Positions 29,079 to 39,074 of a DNA stretch of 64,000 nt are shown piece by piece. The DNA comes from an uncultured Gammaproteobacteria bacterium. GTDB taxonomy: Bacteria > Patescibacteriota > Patescibacteriia > UBA9570 > XYC2-FULL-38-9. The notes under the pieces were generated by a model. The model had not been told where the DNA came from, did no database searches, and saw only the letters and a list, made by a program, of their open reading frames with translations. A program made the position numbers and the translations under genes. The DNA lies in the NCBI GenBank assembly GCA_964344485.1, contig CAYFNF010000001.1, positions 18,335 to 82,334 of the forward strand. Reading direction: 5' to 3'. The number at the start of each line of letters is the position of its first letter. Positions within the stretch are counted from its first letter, which is position 1.

Positions 29079-29732
29079 ATGGAAAAACACAAAGCTGCAG
29101 TATTTGACATGGACGGGGTAATCATTGATTCCGGCCCAGTCCATTTAGAAGCGTGGAAGCGCACATTCGAAGCGCGCAACCTTCCGTTTGATGAAGGCCG
29201 TTTTCGGCAGTCGTATGGGATGCGGGACTCTGAAGTGATTCCGCGACTCATCGGTATTATGAGTGATGAGGAGACACAACAGCTCGCGGATTTTAAAAGT
29301 AGAGTATTTCAAGAGCTGATCCGATCTTCAGCACAAGTCGTTGATGGGCTATCAGAGTATATTGAGCGTTTGCACGAGTGGCAGGTGATTACTGCGGTTG
29401 CTTCTTTAGCGTCATCCGCTGAGATTGAGGCTATGTTGAGCGCAGCGGGCCTGCATGAAAAACTACAGGTGATCATCACGCGAGACCAAAGCATGAAAGA
29501 TAAACCAGCGCCCGATATTTTCTTGACCGCAGCATATCGATTAGGATTTCAGCCATCAGAGATTGTAGTATTTGAAGATGCGGTAAATGGCGTGGAGGCT
29601 GCTCGTTCTGCAGGCGCGACCACTGTGGCAATCACAACAAGTTATTCTCCTGGAGAGTTATCACACGCGGATCTGGTGGTAGAGAATTTCCACGATCCAG
29701 CGCTGTTACAACTCTTTTCTTCTGCTTCATAA
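29079..29732 (+). CDS. HAD-superfamily hydrolase, subfamily IA (beta-phosphoglucomutase-like)
   Basis: FDMDGVIIDS motif I, cap region, C-terminal D-rich motif IV. Confidence 0.75.
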   Translation: MEKHKAAVFDMDGVIIDSGPVHLEAWKRTFEARNLPFDEGRFRQSYGMRDSEVIPRLIGIMSDEETQQLADFKSRVFQELIRSSAQVVDGLSEYIERLHEWQVITAVASLASSAEIEAMLSAAGLHEKLQVIITRDQSMKDKPAPDIFLTAAYRLGFQPSEIVVFEDAVNGVEAARSAGATTVAITTSYSPGELSHADLVVENFHDPALLQLFSSAS

Positions 29733-29736
29733 GCGT

Positions 29737-29765
29737 TGACAATCTAGCTAAAAGTCGGTAGACTT
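29737..29765 (+). promoter_or_regulatory. Sigma70-like promoter TTGACA-N17-TAGACT upstream of yebC
   Basis: Read directly; ~25 nt upstream of the ATG at 29793. Confidence 0.45.
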
Positions 29766-29792
29766 GATGCGATTCTTTTAATTATTGGTGAT

Positions 29793-30518
29793 ATGTCAGG
29801 ACACTCTAAATGGTCAACAATTAAGCGAAAAAAAGCAGCAACTGATGCAAAGAGAGGTGCGCTTTTTACAAAAGCAGTAAAGAATATTGCAGTAGCTGCG
29901 CGTCACGGCAAAGACCCAGAATCGAACGCTGCGTTGCGAACTGCGATTGCCCAAGCTCGGACTGTTAATCTTCCAAAGGATAAAATTGAAAATGCAATTT
30001 TAAAAGGCGCGGGAGAGCTTCCCGGAGCAGTGTACGAAGAGGTAGTCTATGAAGGATACGGCCCCGGAGGTGTGGCATTTGTTATTGAATGTGTCTCTGA
30101 TAATACTAATAGAACAGTGGCTGATGTGAGAAGCATGCTGACAAAGAGCGGTGGGTCCTTAGGAAACAGCGGGAGCGTGATGTACATGTTCAATCAGAAA
30201 GGTGTGGTGCGCATCTCCAAGGAAGACCTTACAGAGCACACTGCTGATGACGTTGAATTACTCGCCATTGATGCTGGAGCAGAGGATATTCAGTCTGAAG
30301 AAGAAGGTTTGACTATTACGGTTCCTCGAGAGCAGTTTCATTCCATGATTGATACATTTGAAAAGCAGCAAATACCCCTTGCATCGTCAGAACTGGAATG
30401 GATCACCGATACCATGATGCAACTTCCTCCAGAGGACGCTGCAAAGATCGAGAAGCTCATTGAAGCGTTGGAAGACAATGATGATGTGAATAATGTGTAT
30501 ACGAATGCTGACATTTAG
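29793..30518 (+). CDS. yebC: YebC/PmpR-family transcriptional regulator
   Basis: MSGHSKWSTIKRKKAATDAKRG is the hallmark YebC N-terminus. Confidence 0.9.
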   Translation: MSGHSKWSTIKRKKAATDAKRGALFTKAVKNIAVAARHGKDPESNAALRTAIAQARTVNLPKDKIENAILKGAGELPGAVYEEVVYEGYGPGGVAFVIECVSDNTNRTVADVRSMLTKSGGSLGNSGSVMYMFNQKGVVRISKEDLTEHTADDVELLAIDAGAEDIQSEEEGLTITVPREQFHSMIDTFEKQQIPLASSELEWITDTMMQLPPEDAAKIEKLIEALEDNDDVNNVYTNADI

Positions 30519-30521
30519 AGT

Positions 30522-31010
30522 ATGAAGTGCTTGGGTATAGATCCAGGAATTGAGATAACAGGATTCGGTATATTAGAAGCGAATGGTTCTTCACAGCAAC
30601 TGATAGAGTACGGGGTGATCCGTACTTCTAAAGATGATAGTACGCCAGACCGTTTGCTTCAGCTGCACACAGATCTGATGCAAGTGCTACAGAAGCATCC
30701 AGACATTGCAGTAGCTGGAGTTGAGGAATTATTCTTTGCTAAGAATGCAAAGTCAGCATTCCAAGTTGGACAGGCGCGAGGAGTGATTCTACTCACTCTG
30801 GAGATGCATCACATCCTCATTCGAGAGGTGAAACCAGTTGAAGTAAAAGCTGCAATTGTCGGCTCAGGAAATGCAGATAAAAAGGAGGTGCAGAAAATGG
30901 TTCAATTAACATTTAATTTGGATACGCCACCACAACCTGACGATGCCGCAGATGCAATCGCAATCGCACTCTGCATGGCGTTTGATCAAGAATTGAAACA
31001 ACAACTATGA
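30522..31010 (+). CDS. ruvC: Crossover junction endodeoxyribonuclease RuvC
   Basis: LGIDPG N-terminus and DDAADAIAIALC C-terminal catalytic region. Confidence 0.9.
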   Translation: MKCLGIDPGIEITGFGILEANGSSQQLIEYGVIRTSKDDSTPDRLLQLHTDLMQVLQKHPDIAVAGVEELFFAKNAKSAFQVGQARGVILLTLEMHHILIREVKPVEVKAAIVGSGNADKKEVQKMVQLTFNLDTPPQPDDAADAIAIALCMAFDQELKQQL

Positions 31011-32587
31011 CACATTCCATATCATTACGCGTACTGATCTCTTCACTCATTGTATTTTTTGGAATGACCGCAGCGGTCCTTCCAGCAGCAGCACAAACAG
31101 CAGAGACGTCTGAAGAGATAGTAAGTGAGCAAGTAGTATTGAAGGCAAATGCTGGTAAGGACAGAAACGTTGTTGCAGGACGAACAGTGTTGTTTGATGC
31201 TGAGACTTCCACGATTCCAACAGACGAGGTATTAACATACTCGTGGGATTTTGGTGATGGACATACTTCCACTGGAATCGACGCCACACATATCTACTCT
31301 ACAAGTGGAACGTACCGCGTTACATTAACTGTTGAATCTTCCTCAGGCACTGCTAGTGAAGATAGCATTATCGTTTCAGTACAGGATACGTTAGTGGTGG
31401 TGATTACAGACCAGAGCGTCTCTGCGGAGCAAGTTGAGGATTTACAGGTTTCAGGACTGACCCAAGGAGTGTTGGTGGTACCAATTCGAGATACCGGTGT
31501 AAACCAGGAGTATCTGACGATTCAAAATCTCGCACAGCAGATCTCTGAGAATGAAGAGGATATTAGTTCAGCAAATATCATTGTTACGTGGACTGCTGGT
31601 AATGTGGGCTTAAACTCTCTTGTTGAGCTATCTCGTATTTCATCATTTGGAGATGGGTCGTTAGAGCAGTTCGGTTTCGGATCCAAAGCCATTATTGCGA
31701 TTAATGATCAGTCGTTAGTGACGAGCTTTAAGATTGCGCAGACTACGTTTCAGAGCGTGCAGCCGTCATACTTAGTGGTCTCTGACAGCAAGATCCTTGA
31801 TGATGTGATCCAAGCAGGTACTGCTGAGAATCTGCGAGAGAATTTGAGCAACAGCGATGCGGACTACCAAGTAATTACGGAATATACGGCTCGAGGCCTT
31901 GGAAACTTGAATCCGCTGAATTTCATGTCCTGGACTGTGAATTACATGATTAATAAAGGCGTGCCTATTAATTCGTTGTATTTGATTCTGATGCTACCGG
32001 TGATGGCAACGATTATCGCAGCCGGCCGACAGATGATTGGCATTAAGGCATTCGGTATTTTTGCGCCTACGGTCATCGCATTGTCGTTTCTAGCTACGGG
32101 CATCAAATACGGGGTGACACTGTTCATCGCGATTATCATTATTGGAACTATTGCGAGGTTAATAGCGCGGAAATTCCGATTGCTGTACCTCCCGCGCATG
32201 GCGATTGTACTTTCTATCTTGGCGCTGTCTATCTTTGCAATGTTCTTTGTTGGTGCTGTGTTCAATAAAACAGGCTTCATTGCAATTTCTATCTTCCCGA
32301 TTCTGATTATGACTGTGCTGACAGAGCATTTTGTGTCAGTGCAGATTGAGCAAGGGTACCGTACCGCAATTCGCATGACCCTAGAGACCCTGTTTCTGTC
32401 ATTAATTGGATTCTGGATTGGAGACTGGACCGTGTTCAAAACCATCATTCTTGCATATCCAGAGTTGATCCTCTTAACATTTGTAGTGAACTACCTCATG
32501 GGTAAATTCTCTGGACTGCGGTTAACTGAGTATCTTCGTTTTAAAGAAGTGTTTAAACACATGAAGGATGCTAAAGGGAAGAAATAA
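31007..32587 (+). CDS. Membrane protein: signal peptide, PKD domain, extracytoplasmic region, C-terminal 7-TM module
   Basis: WDFGDGHTS..YRVTLTV PKD signature; seven hydrophobic helices in the last ~230 aa; overlaps ruvC by 4 nt. Confidence 0.6.
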   Translation: MTHSISLRVLISSLIVFFGMTAAVLPAAAQTAETSEEIVSEQVVLKANAGKDRNVVAGRTVLFDAETSTIPTDEVLTYSWDFGDGHTSTGIDATHIYSTSGTYRVTLTVESSSGTASEDSIIVSVQDTLVVVITDQSVSAEQVEDLQVSGLTQGVLVVPIRDTGVNQEYLTIQNLAQQISENEEDISSANIIVTWTAGNVGLNSLVELSRISSFGDGSLEQFGFGSKAIIAINDQSLVTSFKIAQTTFQSVQPSYLVVSDSKILDDVIQAGTAENLRENLSNSDADYQVITEYTARGLGNLNPLNFMSWTVNYMINKGVPINSLYLILMLPVMATIIAAGRQMIGIKAFGIFAPTVIALSFLATGIKYGVTLFIAIIIIGTIARLIARKFRLLYLPRMAIVLSILALSIFAMFFVGAVFNKTGFIAISIFPILIMTVLTEHFVSVQIEQGYRTAIRMTLETLFLSLIGFWIGDWTVFKTIILAYPELILLTFVVNYLMGKFSGLRLTEYLRFKEVFKHMKDAKGKK

Positions 32588-34049
32588 TGTATTAGGCTTG
32601 AACGCTCGCAGCGCAATCTACTTGCGCGGAAATAAAAAGCGAGCTCGAGCTATTGCAGACAATAAAATAGACACAAAGAAGCGACTGAAGAAGCACGGCA
32701 TTGCTACTGCAGATATGTTGGCGGTGATTCGAGAGCGTAGCGAAGCCCGTGAGTTTGATTGGGAGTCGCTACCACCTAGTTTTGTGATTAAACCGAATCG
32801 TGGACTTGGCGGGGAAGGAATACTGATTATCTTTAACCGTCTGAAGAATGGGAATTGGTTAACTACTAATAAGCGGCAGCTAACTGCCGAGGATCTTTCT
32901 GTGCATGTTCATAATATTCTAGATGGGAATTATTCCTTGTTAAATACTCCAGATATTGCATTATTTGAAGCTCGTCTTTCTATTGATCCGTTGTATAAGC
33001 GGTTTTCAACGCAAGGCATTCCTGATATTCGAGTGGTGGTGTATAACAACGTGCCGGTGATGGCGATGCTGCGGGTCCCTACAAAGAAGTCGAACGGAAA
33101 AGCAAATTTAAACCAAGGTGGGCTCGGTATTGGTATTGATATCGCGACCGGGCTGACTACTCATGTGGTGACCAAGTCATTTCTATATGAAAAGGAGATT
33201 GAGCGGCATCCAGACACGAACCTGAGTTTACGGGGTGTACGTGTTCCGTATTGGTCTGAGATATTAAAGACTGCTGTTATTGCTTCGCGTGTTATTGGGC
33301 TGAAGTACGCTGGAGTAGATATTTCTGTGGATAAGAAGCGCGGCCCGGTGGTGCTGGAGTTAAACGCGCGACCAGGTTTGGGAATTCAAGTGGCGAACAT
33401 GGCTCCATTACAGGAGCGTCTTCGTCGCATTCATGGATTGAAAGTAGACACTCCAGAGCGTGGCATCTCGATTGCAAAAGAATTATTTGCCGGACGAATT
33501 GAGCAACGCATTGCGAGCATTACCGGACGACATATCATTGGCCTCATTGAGCCGATTACTCTGTTTGGGAAAGAGAAGGCGATAAAAAAGGTGCGGGCGA
33601 AGATTGATACTGGGGCAGATAATAGTTCTGTGGATACAGCGCTGGCGCGGGAGCTTGGATATGGAGACGCTATTGATCTGTTTGATTCGTATGATATTCC
33701 AGAGGAGTTAACACACGAAGAAGCAAAAGAGCGCGCTCGAGAGATAGAGAAGAATTTAATAAAAGAGAATCGTGATATTCAAGGCCTCTCTATTGTGAGT
33801 TCTTCGCATGGAGTGTCATTGCGTATTCGAATTAAGATGGCAGCGACGCTTTCTGGATATAAGATGAACATTGAACCCACAGTAGTTGACCGTTCACATT
33901 TGAAATATCCAATATTGGTTGGACGCCGCAATCTCGCGCACTTCCTGATTGATACAACAAAAGTTTCACTAAGAAAACGAAAGGTAGTGTCTAAGAAAAG
34001 CACTGCCAAAACCACAAAAGCAAGTACAGCAGGAAAAGCTGCAGTGTGA
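32568..34049 (+). CDS. RimK-related (alpha-L-glutamate-ligase-like) ATP-grasp fused to a C-terminal retropepsin-like aspartic peptidase domain
   Basis: N-terminal LGLNARSAIYLRGNKKRARAIADNKIDTKK and ATP-grasp core. C-terminal IDTGADNSSV is the DTGA aspartic-peptidase signature. Overlaps the upstream 7TM gene by 20 nt. Confidence 0.6.
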   Translation: MLKGRNNVLGLNARSAIYLRGNKKRARAIADNKIDTKKRLKKHGIATADMLAVIRERSEAREFDWESLPPSFVIKPNRGLGGEGILIIFNRLKNGNWLTTNKRQLTAEDLSVHVHNILDGNYSLLNTPDIALFEARLSIDPLYKRFSTQGIPDIRVVVYNNVPVMAMLRVPTKKSNGKANLNQGGLGIGIDIATGLTTHVVTKSFLYEKEIERHPDTNLSLRGVRVPYWSEILKTAVIASRVIGLKYAGVDISVDKKRGPVVLELNARPGLGIQVANMAPLQERLRRIHGLKVDTPERGISIAKELFAGRIEQRIASITGRHIIGLIEPITLFGKEKAIKKVRAKIDTGADNSSVDTALARELGYGDAIDLFDSYDIPEELTHEEAKERAREIEKNLIKENRDIQGLSIVSSSHGVSLRIRIKMAATLSGYKMNIEPTVVDRSHLKYPILVGRRNLAHFLIDTTKVSLRKRKVVSKKSTAKTTKASTAGKAAV

Positions 34050-34061
34050 TACAATACCACT

Positions 34062-34640
34062 ATGATTTCATACTTAAAAGGAACAATAAAAGAGGTAGAG
34101 AGCGATCAGTGCTTGGTGCTTGTACAGGACGTTGGGTATACGGTGTATGTGCCAACACGTGTGTTAGAGACATTTAAACCAGAGCAAGAAGTAGAGCTCT
34201 ATACCTATCAATATGTACGAGAGGACACATTGGACTTATATGGTTTTATAGAGAAAACTGATTTGAACTTATTTGATAAGCTTATCCATGTTTCTGGGGT
34301 AGGTGCACGCACAGGATTAACACTGCTATCGCAGTACGCAGCTGAGGACATTCGTCGTGCGATCATCCACGGAGATATTAGCTTGCTCTCGAGTGTATCT
34401 GGTGTAGGCAAGAAAACTGCTGAACGAATCGTCCTTGATTTAAAAGAGAGCATCGCGGTTGCGGCTGGGGTAGAAGCAGTCGAAGAGTCTGGTACTGTGA
34501 CTGAGGCTTCTGCTCTTGATGCGTTACTTGCACTCGGATACTCACAATCTGAAGCCCTCGCATCACTGAAAGGAATAGACCAGACAGCATCATTAGAAGA
34601 ACAGGTGCGTCAGGCATTGAAACAAGCATCAAAGGAGTAA
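34062..34640 (+). CDS. ruvA: Holliday junction DNA helicase RuvA
   Basis: OB-fold N-terminus, two HhH motifs (VSGVGARTGL, VSGVGKKTAERI) and C-terminal domain III. Confidence 0.9.
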   Translation: MISYLKGTIKEVESDQCLVLVQDVGYTVYVPTRVLETFKPEQEVELYTYQYVREDTLDLYGFIEKTDLNLFDKLIHVSGVGARTGLTLLSQYAAEDIRRAIIHGDISLLSSVSGVGKKTAERIVLDLKESIAVAAGVEAVEESGTVTEASALDALLALGYSQSEALASLKGIDQTASLEEQVRQALKQASKE

Positions 34641-34644
34641 TGCT

Positions 34645-35670
34645 ATGAAGTCTGCTGTTCAACAGATTACCGACCGACAGGTATGGGAGGAGTTTGCTGG
34701 AAGAATTGAGCCCTCCTCTTTTTTGCATTCTTGGGAGTGGGGAGAGATGCAGAAAGAGTACGGTCGCCCGATCTATCGCTTTGGATTATTTCAAGACGAC
34801 ATATTGGTCGCCGCATTTTTGTGTATTGTATTGCCGCTCCCTGCTGGAAGGACCTATCTGTTCTCCCCACATGGACCAATAGTAGCAGCATCGCAGACCG
34901 AACAGAAAATTTCTTTTTCTGAGATCGTGGCTAGTAAGGAAATTCAAGCGGTTATTGAACAGCATCAAGTAATCTTTTGGCGAGTAGAGCCTCTAGTGGA
35001 GTCAGTTGCTCAAGCACCGGAGTTACACCGCGTTGCTGATGTGGAGCCAGCTACTACCAGCGTGCTGAACCTCTCTGAAACTGAAGAAGATCTGCTAGCT
35101 GCAATGAAACAGAAGACGAGATACAATATCCGTTTAGCAGAGAAGAAAGGTGTACAAGTGGAGTTCATCACTATGCAAGATGAGCATACGTGGGACCATG
35201 TCATGAAGCAGCTCGGTCCGTTACTTGAAGAGACAAATCAGCGACACGGGATTCGCAGTCATCCAAACGCGTACTATGATGTCATGATTCGTCAGCTTGG
35301 TGATGCGCGCCTACTCGAATGTAGTGCTGCCACGCACCAAGGAGATCTTCTCGCTATGAACATCATGATTCAGTATCGAGATACGGTAACGTATTTACAC
35401 GGCGCAGCAACTCATCATAGAAAAAACGTTATGGCTCCGTACTTGTTACAGTGGCGAGCAATTCAGCGCGCAAAGAAACAAGGGTATCAGTACTATGACT
35501 TTTATGGCATCAGCCCTGAAGACAACACAACACACGCGTTGCAAGGTGTGACCCGTTTTAAGAAGGGTTTTGGCGGGAATACTGTACAATATCCTGGAAC
35601 GTACGAGTTTCCAATTTCCACAATTTGGTATAAGATATATCGTACTATTAAGAGACTTCGATCCATATGA
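34645..35670 (+). CDS. FemAB-family peptidyltransferase (FemX-like)
   Basis: KTRYNIRLAEKKGV motif and overall length match the FemAB family. Confidence 0.75.
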   Translation: MKSAVQQITDRQVWEEFAGRIEPSSFLHSWEWGEMQKEYGRPIYRFGLFQDDILVAAFLCIVLPLPAGRTYLFSPHGPIVAASQTEQKISFSEIVASKEIQAVIEQHQVIFWRVEPLVESVAQAPELHRVADVEPATTSVLNLSETEEDLLAAMKQKTRYNIRLAEKKGVQVEFITMQDEHTWDHVMKQLGPLLEETNQRHGIRSHPNAYYDVMIRQLGDARLLECSAATHQGDLLAMNIMIQYRDTVTYLHGAATHHRKNVMAPYLLQWRAIQRAKKQGYQYYDFYGISPEDNTTHALQGVTRFKKGFGGNTVQYPGTYEFPISTIWYKIYRTIKRLRSI

Positions 35671-36386
35671 TAGAAACCATTGTTATCGCAGCTGCAGGAA
35701 AGGGAGAACGCATGGAGCATCTGTCTAAGGAGCAGCCGAAACATCTAGTGAAAGTTGCGGGGAAGCCATTTTTACACTACGTATTGCAACAGGCAGATCG
35801 TGTTGGGTGTAAGAAGATGGTAGTCGTGGTTGGGTATATGGCTGACATGGTGCGAGAGTTTCTGGCTGAGCAACCGTACGATATTGTCGTAGTGGATCAG
35901 AACGAGGTGCTTGGCGACAAATACGGAACCGCGGCAGTCATTGAAGCTGTTGAACAAGAGGTGGGCGACCAACCGTTTGTTGTTCAGAATGGAGATTCGC
36001 TCTATTCAAAGAGTGTATTTGAGAGTGTTATGGTGGATGATGGAATGAATCGTGTCGTGGGTACTCACCATCCAGATCCTCAGCATTACGGTGTGATTGA
36101 AGCAGGCACTGACGGGTTGCTCGTTCGTATTGTAGAGAAACCAAAAGAGCCGATGTGCAATGTGATTAATCTAGGGATCTATCTATTTCAACCCGAGATT
36201 TTCTCTGCAGTGAAACAAGTAGAGAAATCACCGCGCGGAGAGTATGAAGTCATTGACGCAATTAATACTCTGGCAGATGAAAAAAAAGTAAAAGTCGAGC
36301 AGTTAATTGGCGAGTGGGTAGACCTTGGAACACCAGAGGACATTCATACCGTAGAGAAATTTTTAGTTAAGCACCATTATATTTAG
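35667..36386 (+). CDS. Sugar-phosphate nucleotidyltransferase
   Basis: N-terminal G-x-G-x-R ... PKHLVKVAGKP motif of NTP-transferases. Confidence 0.65.
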   Translation: MIETIVIAAAGKGERMEHLSKEQPKHLVKVAGKPFLHYVLQQADRVGCKKMVVVVGYMADMVREFLAEQPYDIVVVDQNEVLGDKYGTAAVIEAVEQEVGDQPFVVQNGDSLYSKSVFESVMVDDGMNRVVGTHHPDPQHYGVIEAGTDGLLVRIVEKPKEPMCNVINLGIYLFQPEIFSAVKQVEKSPRGEYEVIDAINTLADEKKVKVEQLIGEWVDLGTPEDIHTVEKFLVKHHYI

Positions 36387-36388
36387 GC

Positions 36389-37312
36389 ATGGGAAAGAAG
36401 ATAGTAACGATTGGTGGCGGGAAAGGGCAACCAGAGCTGTTGCGTTATTTAAAGCACTACGATCACTCCATTACTGCAGTAGTCACTATGATGGACGACG
36501 GAGGTTCTAGTGGTGAGATTCGGCAAGAGAAAGGGTTGTTGCCACCAGGTGATATACGGCGCTGTATTGGAGCGCTCTCTTCAGATCCGGAGTTGTTGGA
36601 TCGTTGGAATGAACGGCGTAAGGACGGACATGCAGTAGGAAACATTGAGATCATTGAAGAAGTAGAGAAGCGCGGCTCTTATGAACAAGCAGTTGACGCA
36701 CTATGCGAGCAGTACGGTGTGAGTACTGGCGTGCCCGCACATCAAGTCCTTCCTGTCACCGTAGATAGCGCAGAGTTAGTTGCTCGGCTAGAGAACAGCG
36801 AAGAGATTCACGGTGAATGCAATATCGATGTTCCTCAGCACGATGCGTCGTTACATATTCAGGATGTATGGCTAGAGCCAGATGCGCAGGTAACCGAACG
36901 TGTGAAACAGGCGTTGTTAGAAGCAGATTTGGTTGTGCTGTCTATGGGAGACCTGTACACGAGCGTCATTGCCAATTTATTAGTGCAAGGTGTTTCAGAA
37001 GCGATCTCTCAAAGCAATGCAGTAGTATCTTATGTATGTAACCGTTCCACTAAGCAAGGTGAGACGCATGATTTCTCTACCATGGAGTACTATACAGAAC
37101 TCTCCCGATATTTAGCTCCAGCGACAGTACAGTATATGATAGTAGACACCGGCGAAGTGGCAGTCCCGTCCACACATCAAGCTGTGCGCTTTGAAGCACT
37201 TCCGGCTGAAGTAGAAGTGATGCGCGCAGAGTTGTCACATAGCGACATGTTACACTTTGCTTCTGGGGAGAAAGCAGCAGCAGTAATCAATACATTATGC
37301 ACATCGTTATAG
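36389..37312 (+). CDS. YvcK/CofD-family (gluconeogenesis factor/UPF0052) protein
   Basis: IVTIGGGKG and TMMDDGGSSGEIR motifs. Confidence 0.75.
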   Translation: MGKKIVTIGGGKGQPELLRYLKHYDHSITAVVTMMDDGGSSGEIRQEKGLLPPGDIRRCIGALSSDPELLDRWNERRKDGHAVGNIEIIEEVEKRGSYEQAVDALCEQYGVSTGVPAHQVLPVTVDSAELVARLENSEEIHGECNIDVPQHDASLHIQDVWLEPDAQVTERVKQALLEADLVVLSMGDLYTSVIANLLVQGVSEAISQSNAVVSYVCNRSTKQGETHDFSTMEYYTELSRYLAPATVQYMIVDTGEVAVPSTHQAVRFEALPAEVEVMRAELSHSDMLHFASGEKAAAVINTLCTSL

Positions 37313-37905
37313 ACTTTGATAATACACTATTTAACACAGACGCTATGCGCGCTGCTTTATTAGAGGCATTGGAGCAGTTTGGGGTAACAAAAGAACAGTA
37401 TCAGTCAACAGAGAAGGAGTTGATCTCACACCAAGGGACTTATAATTTAGAAGGTCATTTAGATTTGATGTTGTCTGGCTCAAAGCGTGAGCAGGCTGGT
37501 ACATTGGCTGATCAAGTTCTAGACCAGGCTGATGAGTATCTATATCCAGACGCGCAGCATTTTTTACAGCAGTATAATGAAGAGCAGTTAACGATTCTAA
37601 CCTTTGGCCCACCTGAATGGCAGCAGCGCAAGATAAAGAATGCAGGACTAGACAATGCTGTGACTGAAGTCATTACAACTCTCGGTGAAAAGAAGGACAT
37701 CATCGCTGATATGACCGAAACGGAGGTAATAGTGATAGAAGATAAAGCAAGCGAGATAGACGCAATGAAGCAGGCACGACCAGAATACACTTACATCTGG
37801 ATACGACGCGAGGGTACGAGTTATTATGATCAGCCGTGTCGCTTTGCAGATTATGAAGTGCATGATCTAGCTTTTGATGTGCGCGAGTTGATGAATTCGA
37901 AGTAA
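37297..37905 (+). CDS. HAD-like hydrolase
   Basis: IVIDFDNTLF motif I; ~200 aa. Confidence 0.5.
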   Translation: MHIVIDFDNTLFNTDAMRAALLEALEQFGVTKEQYQSTEKELISHQGTYNLEGHLDLMLSGSKREQAGTLADQVLDQADEYLYPDAQHFLQQYNEEQLTILTFGPPEWQQRKIKNAGLDNAVTEVITTLGEKKDIIADMTETEVIVIEDKASEIDAMKQARPEYTYIWIRREGTSYYDQPCRFADYEVHDLAFDVRELMNSK

Positions 37906-37916
37906 CGAGCAGGGGC

Positions 37917-39074
37917 ATGAAGATATATTCAGTCACAGAGTTTAGAGAAGAAGTGAATGACCTCCTAGATGAGGTCACTGTTGCAATTCAGGGCGAGATC
38001 TCAGACATGAATATCTCTCAGAATCGGTTTGTGTGGTTCTCATTAGTGGATGATACTACTGTACTGAAGTGTTTCATGTTGACGTTTCAATTGAAGCAAC
38101 CACTCGAAGATGGGATGGAGATTCAGGCCATTGGTTCTCCCACGTTGTTTAAGAAAGGTCAGTTCGTATTTCGACCTCGGCAGATAGAGTTAGTAGGTGA
38201 GGGATCACTCAAGCGCGCATATGAGTTACTCAAGAAAAAGCTAGAGAAAGAGGGGCTGTTCGATGAGACACGAAAGCGAGCACTACCGCGGTTCTCTGAA
38301 AAGATTGGCTTGATTACTAGCAAAGACGCAGCTGCATATACAGACGTACTACGAATTTTGAAAAACCGCTGGGCCGGGCTAGATATTCGTCATATGAACG
38401 TTCAAGTGCAGGGCGCTAAGGCAACGAACAGTATTGTCAACGCGCTCACTGAGTTGAATGAGTCACAACAGGATTTAGATTGTATTATTCTCACACGTGG
38501 AGGTGGTTCATTAGAAGATTTGCAAGCGTTTAATACTGAAGAAGTAGTGCGAGCGATCTATGCGTCAAAGATCCCTGTAGTGTGTGGTGTTGGCCATGAA
38601 CGGGACGTCACACTCTCTGATTTAGTTGCAGATGTTCGAGCCTCGACCCCATCGAATGCAGCTGAAATTGTGGCACCAGACAAACAGGACGTAATTGCGG
38701 AGCTAGAGTATATGAAAGAACGCTGCGTCACGAGTGTAGAGTCTGTGGTGAAGCAGTATCAGGACGGTGTTCAGCAAGCAGTATCCGTGTTAGAGAGCAA
38801 GATACATGAGCAGCACAGTCGCTTTGAGACGCTCCAGTATGCATTTCTCTCGAAGTTTCAGGAGTATCAAGCGCAGATTCAATTGCGCAAGGAGCAGATT
38901 GGCCACATGCAGCAGCTGATCCACTCATACAACCCACTGCATGTGTTAAAACGCGGATATACATTGACAAAAGACTCAAAAGGCAGAATGATTACTACTG
39001 CGAAAAAAGCAAAGCAACAGAAGCAGATCACTACGGTGTTTCGTGATGGCTCTGTAGAATCTACAGTTGATTAA
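37917..39074 (+). CDS. xseA: Exodeoxyribonuclease VII large subunit
   Basis: N-terminal OB fold, GLITSKDAAAYTDVL and LTRGGGSLEDLQAFN catalytic-domain motifs, C-terminal helical region. Confidence 0.85.
   Translation: MKIYSVTEFREEVNDLLDEVTVAIQGEISDMNISQNRFVWFSLVDDTTVLKCFMLTFQLKQPLEDGMEIQAIGSPTLFKKGQFVFRPRQIELVGEGSLKRAYELLKKKLEKEGLFDETRKRALPRFSEKIGLITSKDAAAYTDVLRILKNRWAGLDIRHMNVQVQGAKATNSIVNALTELNESQQDLDCIILTRGGGSLEDLQAFNTEEVVRAIYASKIPVVCGVGHERDVTLSDLVADVRASTPSNAAEIVAPDKQDVIAELEYMKERCVTSVESVVKQYQDGVQQAVSVLESKIHEQHSRFETLQYAFLSKFQEYQAQIQLRKEQIGHMQQLIHSYNPLHVLKRGYTLTKDSKGRMITTAKKAKQQKQITTVFRDGSVESTVD

Noticed and set aside
31942-32448. 168-aa antisense ORF inside the 7TM gene, and many other 60-140 aa antisense or overlapping ORFs throughout the ORF track
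   Set aside because: All are embedded within longer ORFs that have recognisable domains. There is no independent support such as an RBS, motifs or a plausible promoter.
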